This document shows positions 37,527 through 46,144 of a stretch of DNA of 64,000 nt, piece after piece (position 1 is the stretch's first letter; each line of letters starts with the position of its first letter). Position numbers and translations under genes: made by a program. The DNA comes from an uncultured Cytophagaceae bacterium (GTDB lineage Bacteria; Bacteroidota; Bacteroidia; Cytophagales; Spirosomataceae): contig CBINGY010000015.1 of the NCBI GenBank assembly GCA_966250325.1, positions 6,368-70,367 on the forward strand, given 5' to 3'. The notes beneath the pieces are model-generated. The model ran no database searches, had not been told where the DNA came from, and saw nothing but the letters and a program-made list of their open reading frames with translations.

Positions 37527-38429
37527 TCAGTAACCTTCGATTGGTTTATTGCCCCAATCATCCCGCCTCACCACCCCGTTCTCACGCAACTTTTCAACGA
37601 TATCGGGAAGGATCGCAGGGTTTTTTATAGCGGTATCGGTGAAATACACCCAGTCAATTTTTTGTTGGTAGGTTCTTTCTGATGTAGCGGACAAAAGACC
37701 TCCCTGGATAAACCAGAGATTAAAACTAAGATACATGAGCTGTTCCGGGTAATACTTACTGCCGTGTGTGGCCAGTAATTTTCCATCGATATAGTATTTC
37801 ACTTCTCCGTTGTTCACAGTGGCACTTACTACATGCCACCCCGCAAAGCTACCTGGTGTGAAATCAGATTGAGCATCCTGTAGCCAGGGGTCTGCCCTGT
37901 AGGTTTCCCAGGTGGTCATCCAGAAGGCAGGTTCTGTTTCACCCCAACCGCCGTTTGGCAGGTATTCGGCAAAATCCGTTTCGCTGTAGTCGGGATCCAG
38001 ATCAAAAGCCAATGGTGAAATAGCGAAGAAGGTTTGTACCAGCTGATCGCCATCTGGCCCACCATTGACCGGGCTATCGGTAAAAAAAATGCGGGCAGCA
38101 TAGGTACCTTCCAGATAATTCTGGCGGTGATAAATCTCTGACTGATACGTATTTCTGCTTTTACCACTCGTTTTGGAAGAGAGCACCAGCACGCCGTTTT
38201 TTCCCAGACTATCTATACGTACATTTTCTTTAAGCCAGCGTGCACCCGTAACGCCCGGGCCACCGGCACCCTCGCGGATATGCCACCCAAACGCTTCAAA
38301 AGAAAGATCTTCTGTGCTGTTGTAAACGAAATCGTCAAAGAAAGTGGTGTATTCTTCGGGTCGGGTTTCCTCAGGTTTACACCCCAGGATGCAGAGCAAA
38401 GGGATGAACATCCAAACAATATGCTTCAT
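37527..38429 (-). CDS. GH16-like (concanavalin-A-like glucanase fold) lipoprotein
   Basis: Start at the ATG at 38429. The lipobox is LLCILGC. SETDFAEY matches the GH16 ExDxxE catalytic signature. Confidence 0.7.
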   Translation of the reverse strand: MKHIVWMFIPLLCILGCKPEETRPEEYTTFFDDFVYNSTEDLSFEAFGWHIREGAGGPGVTGARWLKENVRIDSLGKNGVLVLSSKTSGKSRNTYQSEIYHRQNYLEGTYAARIFFTDSPVNGGPDGDQLVQTFFAISPLAFDLDPDYSETDFAEYLPNGGWGETEPAFWMTTWETYRADPWLQDAQSDFTPGSFAGWHVVSATVNNGEVKYYIDGKLLATHGSKYYPEQLMYLSFNLWFIQGGLLSATSERTYQQKIDWVYFTDTAIKNPAILPDIVEKLRENGVVRRDDWGNKPIEGY

Positions 38430-38602
38430 GTTCACAGAAATGCTTTAGACAGAATTTAGCTACAAATGCTGTACCGATTTTGTATCAAAAGAAAACTAAG
38501 AGGTAAACTCTTACGTTTGTTTACCTGAGACTTGCAGCGGGGGCATTCTTTTGAGTGTCGCTTCTGCGATCATTCGATTTCATAATCCAAAACCAATCAA
38601 AG

Positions 38603-39100
38603 ATGAAAAAATTACTTTTTATGGCGGCAGCCTTTGTATTCGCAGGTTTATCGGCTTCAGCTCAGGCTCCGGCAAGTCCTAAACTTACGGCAGAGTCGGC
38701 CAATGCTTCTGTAGTTTACGGTGCACCGTCCAAAAAAGGCCGGGAGATTTTCGGTGGTCTGGTACCGTATGGAGAAGTTTGGCGTACCGGGGCAAACAAT
38801 GCTACCGAGCTCACATTGAAAAAAGATGCGAAAGTGGGCGGAGTAAACGTAAAAGCAGGAACCTACACGCTTTTCACTATTCCGAAAGCCGATGGCAACT
38901 GGACCGTGATCTTGAATCCTACATTGGGACAGTGGGGAGCTTATGGATATGACAAAATCAAAGACAAAGATCTGCCGCATATCCAGGTGAAAGCCAGCCA
39001 GTCTGACGATACCACCGAGCAGTTTAAGATGTGGTTTGAGGGAACAGATCTGGTTTTTGCCTGGGATAACACCAAGGTGAAAGTTCCGGTGAAGTACTAA
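38603..39100 (+). CDS. DUF2911-domain secreted protein
   Basis: Start at the ATG at 38603 with a signal peptide. The block YGEVWRTGANNATEL is present. Confidence 0.7.
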   Translation: MKKLLFMAAAFVFAGLSASAQAPASPKLTAESANASVVYGAPSKKGREIFGGLVPYGEVWRTGANNATELTLKKDAKVGGVNVKAGTYTLFTIPKADGNWTVILNPTLGQWGAYGYDKIKDKDLPHIQVKASQSDDTTEQFKMWFEGTDLVFAWDNTKVKVPVKY

Positions 39101-39116
39101 CAATTCACTCCACAAA

Positions 39117-39149
39117 TGAAAATGGCAGGCCTTTCGCCTGCCATTTTGC
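39117..39149. terminator. Bidirectional terminator hairpin
   Basis: AAAATGGCAGG (39119-39129) pairs with CCTGCCATTTT (39137-39147). Confidence 0.65.
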
Positions 39150-39177
39150 TTAGGTGTTTTTGTTCAACCCCAATGAT

Positions 39178-40293
39178 TTATGATAGCATTATTTTCTTAC
39201 CACCCGCTTTTGCCGATTCAAAAATGGCAGCCATAATTTTGGCATCCTTCAGACCCTCTGCTCCCGAGATGTGTTCAGGCAGCGGATCGGGGCTAAGGTA
39301 CATTGGCCCCATGGCATTCATCTGATACGTTTGATGATGAACCACTTCCATATTCATCGGGCCTTTTGATGTAGTGCCTTTCAAAGGACCGTAACTGAAA
39401 GCAGGGCCCATTTCAAACCAGCCTTTATCTCCGTAAACCTCCAGCTTTTCCACGTTGGTACTGTAACTGGTAAACCCTGTGAAAACGGTGCCATCAGGAA
39501 ACTCCATATGCCAGCTTACAGACTCTTCCACTTCCTTGAAGAATTCAGGGCGGGTGACAGGTCCAAAATGGGCAATCACCGAGCTCGGCTCCATTCCTTT
39601 CACATATCTGGCGGCATTGATGCAATAAATACCAACGTCCATCAGCGGACCGCCTCCGGCTAGTTTGGCATTGAGTCGCCACATTTTAGGGTCACCGGCT
39701 CTCCAGCCAAACATGCTGTTGATATACTTAAGGTCACCAAAAGTCTTTTCGCGGCCATACCGCATGGCTTCCATGTTAAAGGGCTCAAAATGACAGCGGT
39801 ACCCTACACCCAGTTTAACATTATTATCGTTGCAAGCTTTAATCATGGCTTCGCATTCCTCCACGTTATTGGCCATCGGCTTTTCGGTGATCACGTGCTT
39901 GCCAGCTTTTGCTGCACGAATCGTGTATTCAGCATGCATTCCATTGGGCAGACAGATGTAAACCACATCGATATCCGGGCATTTGACCAGATTATCATAG
40001 TTTTCATAATTAAGTATGTTCTCGTCTTTGAGTTTATACTTGTCACGAAACTCGGGGATTTTGGAAGGAGTACCTGTAACTATTCCTGTAAGCTGCCAGT
40101 AAGGGGAGTTATCTACGGCAGGCAGAATTTGTTTCGTGGCGTAATATCCCAGTCCTACCAGGGCAATCCCCAGTTTTTTGCCTTCATAGACAGGGGCAGT
40201 TGATCCGCTTTGTTTTGGCGAAAGGAAGGGAATAGCCATGGCTCCGGCACCCATTTTTTTCATAAAATCTCTTCGTGTTTCTTCTGTTTTCAT
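39178..40293 (-). CDS. Gfo/Idh/MocA-family oxidoreductase with Tat signal
   Basis: It opens with TRRDFMKKMGAGAMA, followed by a Rossmann block (LGIALVGLGYY). Confidence 0.88.
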   Translation of the reverse strand: MKTEETRRDFMKKMGAGAMAIPFLSPKQSGSTAPVYEGKKLGIALVGLGYYATKQILPAVDNSPYWQLTGIVTGTPSKIPEFRDKYKLKDENILNYENYDNLVKCPDIDVVYICLPNGMHAEYTIRAAKAGKHVITEKPMANNVEECEAMIKACNDNNVKLGVGYRCHFEPFNMEAMRYGREKTFGDLKYINSMFGWRAGDPKMWRLNAKLAGGGPLMDVGIYCINAARYVKGMEPSSVIAHFGPVTRPEFFKEVEESVSWHMEFPDGTVFTGFTSYSTNVEKLEVYGDKGWFEMGPAFSYGPLKGTTSKGPMNMEVVHHQTYQMNAMGPMYLSPDPLPEHISGAEGLKDAKIMAAIFESAKAGGKKIMLS

Positions 40294-40340
40294 CGGAGTA
40301 GAAAGAATTATTCCGAGCCAAATTAGTAAAATTATTGTCC

Positions 40341-40348
40341 TAATTTTG
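40341..40348 (+). promoter_or_regulatory. -7 box TAATTTTG upstream of the LOG-family gene
   Basis: Exact TAnnTTTG match 38 nt upstream of the ATG at 40387. Confidence 0.4.
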
Positions 40349-40386
40349 ACACACTTTGTGATAATAGACCAAACCTCTGAATCCAG

Positions 40387-40968
40387 ATGAAATCATTGTT
40401 AGTGTATTGTGGTGCCAACCCCGGTTTTAATCCCATTTATCAGGAAACCGCCCGTAATCTTGGACATGAAATGGTAAAAAGAGGCATGCGTCTTATTTAT
40501 GGCGGAGGAAGCCTGGGTTTAATGGGTACCATTGCCGACGCAGTTCTGGAGAAAGGCGGAGAAGTGGTGGGAATAATCCCGGGATTTCTGGATAACATGG
40601 AGGTAGGGCACAAAAACCTCTCTGAAATTCATGTGGTAGAAACTATGCATGAGCGAAAAGCCCTCATGGAAAAGATGTGTGACGGGGTAATTACTCTCCC
40701 CGGAGGCTTTGGAAGCATGGATGAACTTTTTGAGATACTTAGCTGGTCACAGCTGGGACTTCATAAGAAGCCGGTAGGGGTACTCAATGTCAACGGATTT
40801 TATGATCTGCTGATCAAACAGCTGGATCACATGGTGACGGAGGGTTTCTTAAAACAACAAAACCGGGACATCATGCAGGTCTCCGGTTCTGTTGAAGAGC
40901 TTTTCAGCCTTATGGAAAATTACGTTCCCCAGCCGGCATTTAAGTGGCTGGAACGCGATCAGATCTGA
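40387..40968 (+). CDS. LOG-family (TIGR00730-type) nucleotide 5'-monophosphate nucleosidase
   Basis: The PGGFGSMDELFE motif and the GGGSLGLMG block are present. Confidence 0.9.
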   Translation: MKSLLVYCGANPGFNPIYQETARNLGHEMVKRGMRLIYGGGSLGLMGTIADAVLEKGGEVVGIIPGFLDNMEVGHKNLSEIHVVETMHERKALMEKMCDGVITLPGGFGSMDELFEILSWSQLGLHKKPVGVLNVNGFYDLLIKQLDHMVTEGFLKQQNRDIMQVSGSVEELFSLMENYVPQPAFKWLERDQI

Positions 40969-41250
40969 TCAGTTATACTGGGAGCAATCATAGGTAGAAT
41001 CGAGTTCTTCCTCCAGATCGTCTCTGTCTTCCTTGGCAAGGTCACACTTTTTAATGTACGCTTGAAGGCTCGATCTTACCGCATTGCAATTACCCTTGGT
41101 TTCATTATTATAAAATTCCAAAACGTCTTCAGAGTATTTTGTAGCAAGCTCAAGACATTGACCAACTTCACCCAATACAGAGGTTCTTCTGCAACCTGTC
41201 AACAAAGAAATACCGATCAAAACGGCGGCAAAAAGTACTTTTGATTTCAT
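40969..41250 (-). CDS. Small Cys-containing lipoprotein, hypothetical
   Basis: The lipobox is LLTGC. 93 aa with four further Cys residues. Confidence 0.6.
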   Translation of the reverse strand: MKSKVLFAAVLIGISLLTGCRRTSVLGEVGQCLELATKYSEDVLEFYNNETKGNCNAVRSSLQAYIKKCDLAKEDRDDLEEELDSTYDCSQYN

Positions 41251-41287
41251 AATTATTGAGATAGAATCTGATTTGATTTAACAGATC

Positions 41288-41295
41288 CAAAAGTA
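41288..41295 (-). promoter_or_regulatory. -7 box TACTTTTG upstream of the small lipoprotein gene
   Basis: Exact TAnnTTTG match 37 nt upstream of the ATG at 41250. Confidence 0.4.
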
Positions 41296-41334
41296 CAGAC
41301 CATGCAACGGGGATTCCAGAAACTCCGGAGTGTT

Positions 41335-42186
41335 TTATTTTACGGCTTTCAGGCTTAAATCGAGGCTTTTTACCGAGTGGGTGAGGTAACCCATAGAGAC
41401 AAAGTCAACGCCGCACTCGGCATAAGACCGTACGGTTTCCGGGGTAATTCCTCCGGAAGACTCCACAGGAAAGCGTCCTGCAATAAGCGTGAGAGCTTTG
41501 CGGGTAAGGTCAAAATCAAAGTTATCCAGCATGATCCTAACCACGCCTCCAATCTCCAGTACCTGTTTCAATTCATCCAGATTTCTCACTTCGATTTCTA
41601 CAGGAAGAGTACGGCCGGTTTCTGTCAGATATTTCTGAGCAGCATGAAGAGCCTGTTTGATTCCGCCCGCGTAATCCACGTGATTGTCTTTGATGAGTAT
41701 CATATCATACAGGCCTATCCGGTGGTTTACTCCGCCTCCGATCTTCACAGCCCATTTTTCGGGCATTCGGAAATTGGGCGTGGTTTTGCGGGTATCCAGC
41801 ACTTTGCATCGGGTTCCTTCCAGTTGGTTGACAATCTCCCGGGTAGTAGTAGCTATTCCGCTCATTCGCTGCATGCAATTCAAAACCAGCCGCTCTGCAG
41901 TTAAGATGGAACGGTCTCTGCCGCTAACATAAAAGGCGATGTCACCAAACTTTACAGGGGCTCCATCTTGTAGTAAAACATCCAGTTTGAGATCAGAATC
42001 TACCTCCTTGAAAATGGCTTCAGCAAGTTCCACCCCTGCCAGAATTCCCTCATCTTTTACGATGAGCCGGGCTTTTCCGGTAGCATTTTCGGGAATGGTA
42101 GCCAGAGAGGTATGATCACCGTCACCCACATCTTCTTTAAGGGCCAATTGTATGAATTCTTTGATTTCCTCTGGCGTAATTTGCAT
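41335..42186 (-). CDS. nadC: Nicotinate-nucleotide diphosphorylase (carboxylating)
   Basis: 283 aa with the QPRTase pattern (DTRKTTP, IMLDN). Confidence 0.93.
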   Translation of the reverse strand: MQITPEEIKEFIQLALKEDVGDGDHTSLATIPENATGKARLIVKDEGILAGVELAEAIFKEVDSDLKLDVLLQDGAPVKFGDIAFYVSGRDRSILTAERLVLNCMQRMSGIATTTREIVNQLEGTRCKVLDTRKTTPNFRMPEKWAVKIGGGVNHRIGLYDMILIKDNHVDYAGGIKQALHAAQKYLTETGRTLPVEIEVRNLDELKQVLEIGGVVRIMLDNFDFDLTRKALTLIAGRFPVESSGGITPETVRSYAECGVDFVSMGYLTHSVKSLDLSLKAVK

Positions 42187-42262
42187 TGATTAGGGAGATT
42201 AAAATACCCCTGCAATTAGACTAAAAAAGGTGGGCCAGACAATAATCTGCCTTCAAAATCTC

Positions 42263-42270
42263 TAGTTTTG
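42263..42270 (+). promoter_or_regulatory. -7 box TAGTTTTG placed 4 nt from the tadA ATG
   Basis: The sequence reads TAGTTTTG-TGCT-ATG. Confidence 0.45.
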
Positions 42271-42274
42271 TGCT

Positions 42275-42733
42275 ATGAAAAAAAGCTATCCCCTCTACTC
42301 GCATGAGTATTTTATGTCAAAAGCTCTTGACCTGGCAGAGCAGGCATTTCAGGAGGGAGAAATCCCGGTAGGAGCTTTGGTGGTAACGGCCAGCAATCAG
42401 ATCATCGGGAAAGGGTATAATCAAACCGAGCGGTTAAGCGACGTAACCGCCCACGCAGAAATTCTGGCGATCACGGCTGCTGCTAACTACCTGGATGCCA
42501 AATATCTGAGAGACTGCAGGCTTTACATTACCCTGGAGCCATGCGTCATGTGTGCCGGTGCAATTGCCTGGAGCCAGGTAGATCAGATCATCTATGGAGC
42601 AGCGGATGAAAAGCGGGGTTACAGGCGGTTTTCAGAATCCATAATTCACAAACACAAAGAGGTGATAACCGGAATTCTTGCTTCAGAGAGTGAGGCCATG
42701 CTCAAAGAATTTTTCGGAAGGCTGCGAACATAA
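42275..42733 (+). CDS. tadA: tRNA adenosine(34) deaminase
   Basis: The CDA zinc motifs HAEILAI and PCVMCAGA are present. Confidence 0.9.
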   Translation: MKKSYPLYSHEYFMSKALDLAEQAFQEGEIPVGALVVTASNQIIGKGYNQTERLSDVTAHAEILAITAAANYLDAKYLRDCRLYITLEPCVMCAGAIAWSQVDQIIYGAADEKRGYRRFSESIIHKHKEVITGILASESEAMLKEFFGRLRT

Positions 42734-42794
42734 ATACGCAAATGCCTGTTACTTAAATCAGAACAATAGTTAGAACCTTTTAAACCTTAGAAAT

Positions 42795-43409
42795 ATGGCT
42801 TTTGAATTACCGGCATTACCCTATGCCAATGATGCCCTGGAACCTCATTTTGATGCTATGACCATGGAAATACACCATGATCGTCATCATAACGCATACG
42901 TTACCAATCTGAATAATGCCATTGCCGGTACAGATCTGGAAGGAAAGACACTGGAAGAAATCATGGCTGTAGCCGGTAAGAGTGGTGCAGCTGTAAGAAA
43001 TAACGGAGGAGGTCATTATAATCACTCACTTTTCTGGTCTATTCTGGCACCGGCAGGTACAGGAGGAAATTTATCCGGAGCTTTGAAAAGTGCAATTGAA
43101 GAGCAATTCGGATCTGTGGATGCTTTCAAAGAAGAGTTTAATAAGGCGGCAGCAACCCGTTTCGGTTCAGGCTGGGCATGGCTTTGTGTAAAAGCTGATG
43201 GCAGCCTGTGTGTATGCTCTTCACCGAACCAGGATAACCCGCTTATGGATGTAGCAGAGTGCCCGGGTACACCTATTCTGGGTCTGGATGTTTGGGAGCA
43301 TGCCTACTACCTGAAATATCAGAACAAGCGTCCTGATTACATTGCGGCTTTCTGGAATGTTGTAAACTGGAATGCCGTAGAAGAGCGTTACGCAGCAGCG
43401 AAAGGTTAA
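42795..43409 (+). CDS. Fe/Mn-type superoxide dismutase
   Basis: It opens with [13 protein letters not shown]; the blocks HHDRHH and DVWEHAYYL are present. Confidence 0.95.
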   Translation: MAFELPALPYANDALEPHFDAMTMEIHHDRHHNAYVTNLNNAIAGTDLEGKTLEEIMAVAGKSGAAVRNNGGGHYNHSLFWSILAPAGTGGNLSGALKSAIEEQFGSVDAFKEEFNKAAATRFGSGWAWLCVKADGSLCVCSSPNQDNPLMDVAECPGTPILGLDVWEHAYYLKYQNKRPDYIAAFWNVVNWNAVEERYAAAKG

Positions 43410-43433
43410 TAAAGCAAATAGTGAATGCGAGTT

Positions 43434-43461
43434 GCCCGGTCTTTTGGCCGGGCTTTTTTTT
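43434..43461 (+). terminator. Rho-independent terminator after the SOD gene
   Basis: GCCCGG (43434-43439) pairs with CCGGGC (43448-43453), followed by T8. Confidence 0.7.
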
Positions 43462-43492
43462 GCCTTGCAGTTGCATATTCAATTTTCCTTTC

Positions 43493-43500
43493 TACATTTG
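43493..43500 (+). promoter_or_regulatory. -7 box TACATTTG placed 4 nt from the trp leader-peptide ATG
   Basis: The sequence reads TACATTTG-AACC-ATG. Confidence 0.45.
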
Positions 43501-43504
43501 AACC

Positions 43505-43561
43505 ATGAATTTACTAAGCAGAGCAAACAATTGGTGGTGGAGTTCTTCTCGGGGGAGTTGA
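43505..43561 (+). CDS. trp operon leader peptide MNLLSRANNWWWSSSRGS
   Basis: 18 codons with three consecutive TGG codons (43532-43540). The stop codon lies inside the antiterminator arm. This ORF is not in the supplied ORF track. Confidence 0.7.
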   Translation: MNLLSRANNWWWSSSRGS

Positions 43562-43627
43562 ACAGACCATGCTATGCTTTAAAGATATTGCGGCTTGCTG
43601 TTCAACACAGCAAGTCGTTTTTTTTTA
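43557..43627 (+). promoter_or_regulatory. Transcription attenuator: mutually exclusive antiterminator and terminator
   Basis: GTTGAACAG (43557-43565) is perfectly complementary to CTGTTCAAC (43598-43606). That segment overlaps the left arm of the terminator, CTTGCTGT (43594-43601) with ACAGCAAG (43607-43614), which is followed by a T9 run. Confidence 0.7.
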
Positions 43628-43651
43628 TCCAGATGTTGAAAATTTCTACCT

Positions 43652-45079
43652 ATGAGTTCGAAATACAAGATTCAAACCCGCTCTAAACGCCTGCTGGCAG
43701 ATACACTTACACCAGTGAGTATTTTCCTTAGGCTGCGTGACCAGTACAAGTATTCGGTAATCCTGGAGAGTGCAGATTACCACGCTATGCAAAACAGTTT
43801 CAGTTACATCGCCTGTGACCCGGTGGCCAGTATAGTGATCGACCAGGATATGGTAAAAAAAGTTTTTCCCGATGGCAGCCAGGAGCAATACGTACTTGAA
43901 AACCGGAAAGATGCGGTAAAAACCCTGCAGGATTTTGCCGCCTGTTTTGAAGCTACAGAAACGGGGCATGGCTTTATAACAAACGGGCTTTTCGGTCATA
44001 TGACTTATGACTCTGTGGCTTACTATGAAGATATAGAAATTCAGCCCAAATCTCCCGAAACGGCCATTCCTTCACTGATTTACCGGGTTTACCGATACGT
44101 AGTGGCTATTAATCACTTTAAAGATGAGCTGCATATTCTGGAGCATACCTATCTCAAAGATGGAGTTCCTGTAAGACCCGTTGAAAACGGATTGGAGACC
44201 ATCGAATTGTTTGTAAATACGCCGAAGTTTAGCCACCGGAATTTTAAGATCAGCGGAGAGGAGCAAAGCAATATTTCTGATGAACACATGCGGGAAATCA
44301 TTGAAACCTGCAAGAGGCATTGCCATCGGGGTGATGTGTTCCAGATCGTACCTTCCCGCAGGTTTTCCAGAACTTTTGAGGGAGACGATTTTAATGTGTA
44401 CAGGGCTTTGCGTAGCATCAATCCTTCGCCCTATTTATTTTATTTTGATGGGGGAGAGTACCATATTTTCGGTTCTTCACCCGAAAAACAGATTCACATA
44501 CAGGAAGGTATGGCAGAGATTCATCCAATAGCTGGTACGTTCAGGCGGAGCGGTAACGATGAACGCGATGCCGAGCTGGCCAAAGAACTCGATGCCGATC
44601 CCAAAGAATCAGCTGAGCATGTGATGCTGGTAGATCTGGCCAGAAATGACCTGAGCCGAAGCTCTGACCGTGTTAATGTGGAGGTTTTTAAGGAAGTACA
44701 GTTTTACAGTCATGTGATTCACCTGGTCTCTAAGGTTACCGGAAGAATGCGGGAGGGTACCAATCCGCTGCAGCTGGTGGCAGATACGTTTCCGGCGGGT
44801 ACGCTTTCGGGTGCACCGAAGCACATGGCCATGACAATCATAAACAAACTGGAGCCCACAAATCGTAGTATTTACGGAGGTGCCATCGGCTTTATGGATT
44901 TTAAGGGAAATTTTAACCATGCGATAGCCATCCGTACGTTTCTGAGCAAAAACAATACTCTTTTTTACCAGGCCGGAATGGGGGTGGTTGATAAATCAAA
45001 TACCGAAAGTGAGATGGCCGAAGTAGGAAATAAACTGGGAGCTCTGCGTGATGCCATGAAAAGAGCTGAGGAATTGTAA
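43652..45079 (+). CDS. trpE: Anthranilate synthase component I
   Basis: 475 aa; blocks LESADYH, IAGT..R, GAPK and GGAIGF are present. Confidence 0.95.
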   Translation: MSSKYKIQTRSKRLLADTLTPVSIFLRLRDQYKYSVILESADYHAMQNSFSYIACDPVASIVIDQDMVKKVFPDGSQEQYVLENRKDAVKTLQDFAACFEATETGHGFITNGLFGHMTYDSVAYYEDIEIQPKSPETAIPSLIYRVYRYVVAINHFKDELHILEHTYLKDGVPVRPVENGLETIELFVNTPKFSHRNFKISGEEQSNISDEHMREIIETCKRHCHRGDVFQIVPSRRFSRTFEGDDFNVYRALRSINPSPYLFYFDGGEYHIFGSSPEKQIHIQEGMAEIHPIAGTFRRSGNDERDAELAKELDADPKESAEHVMLVDLARNDLSRSSDRVNVEVFKEVQFYSHVIHLVSKVTGRMREGTNPLQLVADTFPAGTLSGAPKHMAMTIINKLEPTNRSIYGGAIGFMDFKGNFNHAIAIRTFLSKNNTLFYQAGMGVVDKSNTESEMAEVGNKLGALRDAMKRAEEL

Positions 45080-45104
45080 TTTTAGGTCTGAAACCCGCAT
45101 AGAT

Positions 45105-45563
45105 ATGAATACCTTGCTTAAAAAACTGAATCTGAAAAGCCAAAAAGGTATCCTGATCATTAACCCACCGGCAGAGTTTGGTGAGCAGATGCAGGATTTC
45201 GGGATGTTTATTCAGGTCAAAACGAGTATGGATACCGAGCCTGTGGAGTTTGCCCTTACGTTTTGTACGAAACTGGAGGAAATTGAAAAGTGGGCGGTTA
45301 ACATAGACCGCTTGTTGGTTGACGACGGCCTGTTCTGGTTTGCTTACCCCAAAGGAAGTTCTAAGAAATATACCTGTGAGTTTAACAGGGATAATGGCTG
45401 GGCGGTTTTGGGGAAACTGGGCTATGAACCTGTCCGCATGGTGGCCGTAGATGAAGATTGGTCTGCCTTGCGGTTCAGGAAAGCTAAAAACATCAAAACC
45501 CTGACCCGCGATCCGGGATGGATCATGTCTGAAGAAGGCAAAAAGAAAGCGACTAAAAAATAA
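45105..45563 (+). CDS. DUF3052-like protein inserted between trpE and trpG
   Basis: WFAYPKGSSKKYT....VAVDEDWSALRFRK resembles the DUF3052 pattern. Confidence 0.65.
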   Translation: MNTLLKKLNLKSQKGILIINPPAEFGEQMQDFGMFIQVKTSMDTEPVEFALTFCTKLEEIEKWAVNIDRLLVDDGLFWFAYPKGSSKKYTCEFNRDNGWAVLGKLGYEPVRMVAVDEDWSALRFRKAKNIKTLTRDPGWIMSEEGKKKATKK

Positions 45564-45577
45564 TTAAGTGTTTGAAG

Positions 45578-46144
45578 ATGAAAATATTGGTTCTGGACAA
45601 TTACGATTCCTTTGTGTATAATCTGGTGTACATCCTTAAAGATCTGGGAGCAGAGGTGGAGGTTTATCGGAATGATAAAATTGCCGTGGAGCAGGTTAAA
45701 AATTACGATAAAATTCTGCTGTCGCCGGGTCCGGGAATCCCCGAGGAGGCTGGTATCATGATGGATTTGCTGAAGGAATACAAGACCACCAAAAGCATTT
45801 TTGGAGTATGTCTGGGGCATCAGGCCATCGGAGAGGCCTTTGGCAGCAAGCTGGATAACATGGGAGAAGTGCTCCACGGAGTTACCACCGAATGTGTGGT
45901 GACAGACAGCAGTGAGCTTCTCTTTCAGGGAATTCCGGGTCGTTTTGAGGTATGCCGTTACCACAGCTGGACTGTGGTGCCGGAGACCATGCCTTCAGAT
46001 CTGAAAGTGACAGCGGTAGACGATAAAGGATTTGTACTCGCTGAGGCACATGAGAAATACGACATTCGAGGTGTGCAGTTTCACCCCGAGGCCTATCTCA
46101 CCGAGCATGGCGTAAAAATGGTGGAAAACTGGATGCGGAGTTAA
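45578..46144 (+). CDS. trpG: Anthranilate synthase component II (glutamine amidotransferase)
   Basis: Start at the ATG at 45578 (MKILVLDNYDSF). The catalytic GVCLGHQ and FHPE blocks are present. Confidence 0.92.
   Translation: MKILVLDNYDSFVYNLVYILKDLGAEVEVYRNDKIAVEQVKNYDKILLSPGPGIPEEAGIMMDLLKEYKTTKSIFGVCLGHQAIGEAFGSKLDNMGEVLHGVTTECVVTDSSELLFQGIPGRFEVCRYHSWTVVPETMPSDLKVTAVDDKGFVLAEAHEKYDIRGVQFHPEAYLTEHGVKMVENWMRS

Noticed and set aside
41322-41331. 10-bp perfect palindrome ACTCCGGAGT just downstream of nadC.
   Set aside because: It has no loop and no T run, so it is not a credible terminator. Such a short palindrome is expected by chance.
45422-45964. 180-aa antisense ORF across DUF3052/trpG. 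Similar shadow ORFs occur at 1274-1747, 41377-41904, 46483-47001, 38657-39115 and 39790-40203.
   Set aside because: All are antisense to genes with strong family signatures and have no signatures of their own.
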